Part shown: positions 56,917-64,000 of the stretch, one piece after another
Layout: the number at the start of each line of letters is the position of its first letter
How positions within the stretch are numbered: position 1 is the stretch's first letter
Origin: Prorocentrum cordatum
Taxonomy: Eukaryota
Assembly: GCA_963575745.1 (NCBI GenBank)
Contig: CAUYUJ010000002.1
Span: forward strand, 1,178,001 to 1,242,000
DNA length: 64,000 nt
Direction: 5' to 3'
Notes under the pieces: model-generated
Database searches by the model: none
What the model was told of the DNA's origin: nothing
The model's input: only the letters and a program-made list of their open reading frames with translations
Position numbers and translations under genes: made by a program

Positions 56917-58318
56917 TATAGCTTACCATGAGAAAGCGCTACTACACAACAGCATCTTGATGGGCCGTTGCTCTCTCAAAAGACCTTTTCGCGACGTCCC
57001 TGGGAATGCCCTCGGCTCCCCGACCCGCTTCCTTGCCTCTCGAAGTAATCGAGGATAGGGCCCCCGTCCACCCTCTCCCTCCCTGCCTTGACTCCATCCT
57101 CTCCCTCCCCGCCTTGACTCTCCATCCCTCCCTACATCACTCCCCCCTTCCCTCCCCTTCCCTTCCTGCCTCCCCCCTTCCCTCCCTCCGCCCCTCTCCT
57201 CCCCCCTCCCCCTCGTCGTCGTCGTCGTCGCGGCGGCGGTTGGCCGGCGCCTGCTCCTCTTGCCCCCTGGGCCCACTGCTTGGGGGAGGGCGGGCTCCCC
57301 GAAGCGCCGGTGGGAAGCCCTTCGGCGTGGCCCCGTCGGAGGCCTCTAGCGCTCCTCCTAGGGCCGTCCCTGGAGTCCTTGGCAGTGATGCGAGGTCTTC
57401 GGCGTATGTCCGAAGCCTCTGCAGGTTGTCGGCCGCCCCTGGAGGCTCTCGGAAGCCCCGAGCCTTTCCAGGGTCCTCGGGACCCTTGGAAGCCGCCAGG
57501 GCTCGCGGTCCTGGTGATCGTCTTGGGGGCCGGTGGGTTTCGGGGGGCTTCGGCTGCCTCTGGCGGCTTTCGGTGGTCTCCGGGAATCCCCCTTGCGATC
57601 TTCGGAGGTCCATGGCAGCCCTCGGAGACCCTTTGTGGTCCCTGGTGTCTGCTTGGGCTCTTCGGGGGTCGTCGGGGATGTCTGGAGGCCTGTGGATGCC
57701 TCGGGGGGCTCGTCCTCCGGGGGGCTTGCAAAGTGCAAACGCACAAACATATGCACATGTGCATGTGCAAATACAGATGCACATGCCGAAATAATGATGA
57801 TCCGGATTTGTGGTACTTTGTGCGTTACAGGAACGATGCGTTGCTGTCGTCATTTTGCAACTGGTTTATGCTTGCAGGCGCAGTGGACTTGGGGATACCG
57901 CCAAGGGGTCCGATCAGGCTTCTGGCGGCGGTTCGCCTGTGTAAATGTACGAAACCTCTGCGTCGTTATATATGTTACGCTGTTGTGTGACTGCACCGAA
58001 ATATTGTTGCAAAGCGCCCATTCTACAGACCCGCTGCGTCGAAGTGGTCTCGCGTGGCGGCCCTCCTCCATAGCGGCATCCATGGACGTTGCGCATTGTT
58101 GTGCAGCCGCGTGCGTTTGGTTGTGTTTTGAGCGTGTTTGGTTGTGTTTTGAACACCCCTTGGCTCACTCAGCGGCGGTTTGATCGCCCCCCCCGTCTCC
58201 GCCACCCCCATGTGGATCTGAAGGACTATCATCATAGCCCATCCCAATCGCAATCGCCATCGCAATCGCTACCACCACCACAGTAATGTTCCCCTCTGCC
58301 CGCCCTGTCTGACTACCT

Positions 58319-58472
58319 ACCAGACCACCCCAACCCAACCCGAAGACCCGAATCTGACCCGAATTTCGGGTTGGGAGGGGATACGGGTTCCATGTGCTTT
58401 TGCAATGTTCCCCGAACTCACCCCCCACTGGATTGGGTTGGGTTGGGTTGGGTTGGGTTGGGGTGGTTTGGT
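58319..58472. mobile_element. MITE-like element with (CCAAC)n-based 23-bp TIRs
   Basis: ACCAGACCACCCCAACCCAACCC / GGGTTGGGTTGGGGTGGTTTGGT (1 mismatch). Confidence 0.65.
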
Positions 58473-58510
58473 GGGTGGTGAGCTGCCTCGTCCGCGAGGA
58501 GGGAGCTGAG

Positions 58511-58707
58511 GTCGGGGGCGGCCAAGAGGGGAGCGTCCAAGAGGGGGGGGGTGCAAATCATGGCCGGCGGCATGTGCGCGGCCCAGGTGGGGGGGCCAGG
58601 GACGTCATGAAACAGAAAGAGGCGCCGTGAACATCTGGAGAAATATCATAGCCAACGCCATGGTATCTACCCCACTAGTCCTCACCCCCCTCTTGGCCGC
58701 CCCCGAT
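58511..58707. mobile_element. ~196-bp MITE family C, copy 1 (3-bp TSD GAG)
   Basis: TIR TCGGGGGCGGCCAAGAGGGG / CCCCTCTTGGCCGCCCCCGA; GAG on both sides; collinear with 61271-61466. Confidence 0.85.
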
Positions 58708-58860
58708 GAGGCATTTTGCTGCGATCGCCCCGACGCGCGCGAGAGAGACTGTCTGGTGCAGTCGCCGCGAGCCGGGACGGCTTCGAGCGGCCTCGCGCCG
58801 ATCGCGCAGGCAGGGCGCTCCCACGCCCGAGCGAGGGAGGAGGGGGCAGAAGTCGAGGGG

Positions 58861-58953
58861 TCGAGGATCGAGGATCGAGGATCGAGGATCGAGGTTCGAG
58901 GATCGAGGATCGAGGATCGAGCATCGAGCATCGAGGATCGAGGATCGAGGATC
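58861..58953. repeat. (TCGAGGA)n heptamer repeat
   Basis: Direct reading. Confidence 0.95.
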
Positions 58954-61270
58954 GAGAGTCGAGGTTCTGAGTTTGTCGGCCGCATCTCGGCCTCGCGCCC
59001 CCCCCTCCCCCAGTAGGGAGGGGGGAGGGGAGAGTGAGGACGGGAAGGAGAGAGGAAAGGAGGAGGAGAGGGGAGGGAGGAGGGAGGCGTGGGGTGGAAG
59101 GGAAAAAAGGGATTGGTGTGACATCCGCATCCTCTGAAACGCCTGGGGCACGACAGTTTGGCTGTGGCCGTGCCTGGGGAGACCAAGCCACCACCGCAAG
59201 GCGGCACTCGACACGACGCAGGCAAGCCGGGGCCGCGACGAGTGCAGAGACGCCTGCCCGCACCCAGAGAGAGCGCAGAATACCGACGAGCAGGCAAACT
59301 CACCTGAACCCTGACCGTCCTCTTGGCAGCCAGCCGGCGCAAGTGGCAGCACGCCTTCCTCTCCGCGGAGGGCGGCTGCAGCACGGGCAGGCTGACGCGG
59401 CGGCCATCTCCCCTACGCAGATGGGAGGAGGAGGGGCCACGGGCGAGGGTCGACAGAGCCTCATTGGGAGCATCATCCTCGCCGTGGCCCGAGAGAGGTG
59501 GCAACTCGACAGCGACATCGTTGTGCTCGGGGTGGGGGCCTCTCTCCATCCTCTTCGTTTGTCTGAAGCGTTGCGGCCTGCCGCCGACTTCCTGCCGATC
59601 GGCTGGCAGGTGTGAAAAAAGGTTGATGCCGCCGAGATGAGCGGGAGTAGTGCAATATTCATCGCAGGCACACCCAAACAGACTGGAAACCTCGGAGCGT
59701 GCCAGGGACAAAAAGCGGTGACCCTGGGATACGACCTGATTCAGGGCCTCAGGCGGCTGGCCCGAGCACCCAGTGTCCGACGGCATAGCCGCACGGCAAC
59801 GATGACTAAGACAGACCCTGCACCTCCAAACGTCCCAGAGACGAGCCCATCCGTGGGCGAAACCAAGGGTGGAGGGCGGGGTCGGTCTCGGCGGGGCGAC
59901 AGCCTTAGGAACATCGTTAATGTTGAGACACGGCCCATATCGCTGAGGTTGGGGCACGACCCTATGCGAACCCTCGGCCATAAAATCAACGGCACCAGGT
60001 TCGCTGTTGCTGGGACGAGGACGCATTGCGGCGCCGGCATTCGCTGCGGCGTCGGCGAGGTCATTTCCCCAGCTTTCTTGAGAAGGAGGTCTGTCGAGAG
60101 AGCCTCACCGTCGACGGAGTGGGCCTGGGCCTTCTCGACACACGTCGACCAATGGCTAGCACCGTTGAGGGCCATGCCCGCGCGCGGGCGCTGGTGAGAC
60201 AACCGACGAGAGCGCGGAGCGGTGGCAGCCTTGACAACGTTACTCTGGATCGCTTAATAATCGCCCCCCCCTTGGAGTGCCCGGGGGGGTTGGCCGCGGC
60301 GCGTCCGCGGGGGTGCCAGGGGGGGTCTGGGGTTTGATCCCTTGCCCGCTGGGGCGCGACGGTGGTGCCGGCGTGGGTTGGCCGCGCCGCGTTTTCACGT
60401 TTGTCAACCCCCCAGTTGATTAATAAGAAGTTCGGAGTAACCGAAGCAGAATAGTCCTTGGAGACCCGTCGAGGCGACTGCCAGGGGCTGAGACGGCCGC
60501 ATACTCCCCAGCCTGCTGAGAAGTTCGGGGGTGAAGGGCTCAGCACAACTCCCGAGGCAACCACAAACACTTACCCAGCGCGCCCCAAGACAACATAACT
60601 GAACGGAACGGAACGCCTGTGCGGGCATGCGCCCGGCGAGGCGGGTGAGGCCAGAGGGGTGTTCAAACAGTCCCTGGGGAAACAATGTAATGTAGCATGT
60701 CGTAAATGTTAGCCTCCTGGAAAGCATGGCGCACTCTGCGTGAGACAATGGAGTCGTGCCTCTTTTTGCAGACAAGGCAACGCCAAATCCTGCTGATGAG
60801 ATAGTCGACTTCAATCTGGCACAAGGCGCACAACAGATCGTCCAACTGATACCCGAGCGAGATGGCGCGACTCTTCGGCCACACCGCGTTGCACGACACG
60901 GCCTTGGTCGATCCCTTACCGACCAGCGAGATGCGTGACGATCTAAGCTCCGAGACCATGGCATCAAAGCAGACTCTCTCGATCCCGAATTCAGTGCCAA
61001 GGGAGAGCTCATGAGTGCGATGCGCAGTTTCGTGCAGTATAGCTTTCACGGCCCCAATTCTGAAAATATTCAAAACAACTGCCCTACCGAGGTCATCGGA
61101 AAATGTGTGCCACGAATCCATTTTCCAGCCAGTTCTACCCAAGGAAAACCTGAAGGCCCCCGTAGGACCCCGCACAAAGCGCAACGGAGGGGCCCAATCT
61201 GACAACGCCTGCCCCCTAGACTCCCTGAGATCACGAAACCGAACAAGGTACCTGACCAACCGAACCTGGT

Positions 61271-61466
61271 TTCGGTGGCGGCAAGGATGGTGGCGTCCTA
61301 GAAGGGGGGGCACAAATCATGGCCGGCGGCATGTGCGCGGCCCAGGGGGGGAAGGGCCAGGGACGTAATGAAATAAGAACAGGCGACATGACATTTGGGG
61401 AATACCATGGCCCACGCCATGATATCCTCCCCCCTAGTCCTCACCCCCTTTTTGGCCGCCCCCGAT
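61271..61466. mobile_element. MITE family C, copy 2 (3-bp TSD GGT), inserted in the LINE
   Basis: Collinear with 58511-58707; GGT at 61268-61270 and 61467-61469. Confidence 0.85.
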
Positions 61467-61626
61467 GGTTGGCCCACATCACTTTACTGCAACGGGGAAC
61501 CGTCGTAGCAGCATGCCACGTGGGACCCTGGCCGAGGTCCAAAGCAGGGGTGAGGGATCGGCCTCCAACGGGGGACTTGAGGACGGCCCGTGTGGACTGA
61601 CAAAGGCACTGAAGCACGTATCCTTA

Positions 61627-61770
61627 GGTCGGGCATGTCCCCCTGCATGCGGATTTTGGACGACAAATACAACGTACTCAAAACATACTCCACAAATATT
61701 CCAAACATCGCCCCCATTATATTGTTTGACTACTTTTGAATATTCCCCCAATAGAGAGACAGGCCCGACT
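61627..61770. mobile_element. MITE family A copy with TA flanks, inserted in the LINE
   Basis: TA-GGTCGGGCATGTCCCCCTGCA ... GAGACAGGCCCGACT-TA. Confidence 0.85.
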
Positions 61771-62209
61771 TAAACGTATCCAACGGTGTCGTGCACCTCC
61801 ACACCGTACGTCGCCCCCGAAAGAAACATACGCCTGGCAGAACAGCACAACATCTTCTTGACCCTCAGATGAAGTTTCACGCGAAGCCTGAGGATATATT
61901 GGCACTCCCAAAACTCGGAGGAGATCACACTCTTGGATTGAAAACTTACCCATTTACCCCGACGGGGCATGCAAGCAGTACAGTCGACACCTAAGGCTTG
62001 GGGCAGTGATGCAACCCTTGCCGCGGAGGCCGCCTTCCAACAACTCAAGGATCCCATAGCCGATGGCAGCGGACGACCAGACAATGGCGACATTATCGGC
62101 CGAGATGTGACGGCGGTCGTCGAAACGCTGTGTATCTCCCCGGCACGTTCGATCGTATCCTGCAAACTAGCATGTGCAGGTCCAGTGATGGTAAAGCCAT
62201 AGACGTCAA

Positions 62210-62232
62210 CTTGTGAGCCAAAATGGCTGCGA
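62210..62232 (-). other. DinoSL relic at the 5' junction of the truncated LINE
   Basis: The minus strand reads TCGCAGCCATTTTGGCTCACAAG; the 15-nt core AGCCATTTTGGCTCA is identical to DinoSL. Confidence 0.85.
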
Positions 62233-64000
62233 TGGGAAAGTGGTGGGAGGGGAGAGGAAAGGAGTATAGCGAGAGGAAGGAGGGAAGGGGAGGAAAAGGC
62301 CTAGACACCTACTCAGGCCTAGAAAACTACTTAGCGACCGAAGAGACAGAGGAAGAGGAAGGCAAAAGGGAGGGCGAGGGCGGATAATGGAAGAAGCGGG
62401 GGGGGGGGAGGAGGATGCAGAGAATGAGGACAATCGGGGACATTTGGCCACACTCTCGAATCGTGGGCGGGCCACCTCGGACGCCTCCAGGGGGGGGGGA
62501 GGCGGGGGGGGGAAGCAGGAGGCAAGGGCGGAGGAGAAAAAGGCGTGGGGGGGGAGGGGTAGATGGGGGAGGAGGCAAGGAGGAGGAGGAGGAGGAGGAG
62601 GAGGAGGAGGGAGGAGGAGGAGGCGGAGGAGGAGGAGGAGGAGGAGGAGGAGGAGGAGGAGGAGCAGCAGCAGCAGCAGCAGGAAGAGGAGGAGGAGGAG
62701 GCAGGCAAAGGGGGGAGAGGCAGGAGACAGAGGAGGAGACAGGAGGGAGGAGGGGGGCGAGGGGGAGGAGACAGGAGGGAGGGATCTAAGAGGAACGGGG
62801 ACGAAACAATGGGCGCGCTCGTCCCACACCTGGCACCCGCACCCCTTCCCCATCCTTCACCAATTCCGGTGCCACCCCCTGCTTGCCGCGTCGCATGCCG
62901 AAGGAAACACGGATCCCCCAATCAGCAGGGCACCTCCGTCGAGGAATACCTCGGAAACCGCGACTTGGGAGGGGCGGGGGACGGGGGGCAAGATATTCGC
63001 ACTGTCAAAAACGGGACAAGAGGGGCGGTGGGGGAAGAGGGAAAGGAGATTCGCACGCTCAAACATGGGCACGGCCAGTACGATGATGATGCCCAACAAC
63101 GACTGCTGTCCAAAGACCAAACGCCGTCCGCTGCTGTCGGACAAGCGACGTTGATCCCAACTGGGCCCCGCCCCAAACGACACCGCCAGCGACTGCCGTG
63201 TTCGAAATGGGCAGGAACGGGCGACTGTCAGGTCGGGGGCTGATTTCGGACGAGGAATGAAACATAATCAAACACATACGCCAAATTTTAAATTGTAGAA
63301 ACGCCGTCACCTATTTTGTTGTTTTGATACTCTTCCTGTTAGGAGCCAGACACAAAACACACACAAAGGAATTTCACACAAAAGGTTTTGGCACCACCAA
63401 CGGCGCAACGCATGTGCACCCATGCCATTGGATCCCCGGCGATCCGACCCAGGGTTGATGTACTGCCGCGCTCGAAGATGCAATTGAAAAGTCTGGTGTG
63501 GCAGCGCTGTCGGCGGCGACAGGATCCCAAGCTCTGCTACCAACAAACATTTCAGGGTGGTTTGGCACAGCCAAACAACCATGCAACGTCAGCTTGTTCT
63601 TCCGTTGACAACAGCACGCGGCGACGCGCCGCGGCAGCAAAACGCAGTAGCGCGCGAGGGCATGCAGGGCCGGCAATGTGGCTGGCCAGCTACCAGCACG
63701 ATTTCGGCAAAAATGCAGAAATCCACATAAGATCGTTTTGGGCGCGGTATCCGGCGCAGCTGCATCGCACTGCCAGGCGCCGCGGCCTTGCGTTTGTAGC
63801 GCCAGGTCCCGTGCGCTCCTCGAGGCGGGAAAACAACCTCTCCACAAAAGGATTCGCGTGTGCTCGTGTGGGGCCGGCGAAAACGATCGTACACACATGG
63901 AATTCCTTTGTGTGCCCCCCGCGTTGGCAAGTTAACCAGGCCGCACACAAACGAATTACACGATAATTCGTGGCACACAAAGGAATTACAGCAATGCCCT

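Larger units (their letters stand above)
59300..62209 (-). mobile_element. 5'-truncated decayed LINE (RT C-terminal half, zinc finger, RNase H, Cys-rich tail) interrupted by two MITEs
   Basis: In order on the minus strand: VDVYG (position of the xVDD motif), LGVDC, SGATYGVEVH, VRGPTGA..LGRTGW, CALC...RIWRC, EKAQAH...NDLADAAA (RNase H tail, ~60040-60140), H.W...WRCRVC...C.G...GH. 3' end approximate. Confidence 0.8.

Noticed and set aside
58433..58465. (GGGTT)n as a telomeric repeat
   Set aside because: It is not the TTTAGGG type and forms one arm of an inverted-repeat element.

Overview
GC-rich, repeat-dense eukaryotic nuclear DNA, almost certainly from a dinoflagellate. The evidence is a near-perfect dinoflagellate spliced leader (DinoSL, DCCGTAGCCATTTTGGCTCAAG) with tandem relics at 4206-4257 (-), GC/GA splice donors and abundant (CCT)n/(GAG)n tracts. 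Most ORFs in the supplied track are spurious. The supported content is as follows. (1) Three non-LTR retrotransposons: a decayed APE-RT element (1-4205, -) capped by three tandem SL copies; a near-intact ~9.5 kb element (~40000-49600, +) whose frames join into one ~3,080-codon polyprotein with an OTU-like cysteine protease, two C2H2-type fingers, APE, RT and a CCHC finger; and a 5'-truncated RNase H-bearing element (~59300-62209, -) that starts with an SL relic at the RT active-site region. (2) A decayed Copia LTR element (9901-~14050) and other gag/protease relics. (3) A host gene invisible to the ORF track: tiny minus-strand exons (28227 to 8119) splice in phase into a ubiquitin-like domain plus a Gly-rich linker. 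A second candidate multi-exon gene lies at ~50555-55525. (4) Two PPR-derived repeat relics, several MITE families and satellites. All family assignments come from reading motifs by eye; no searches were run.
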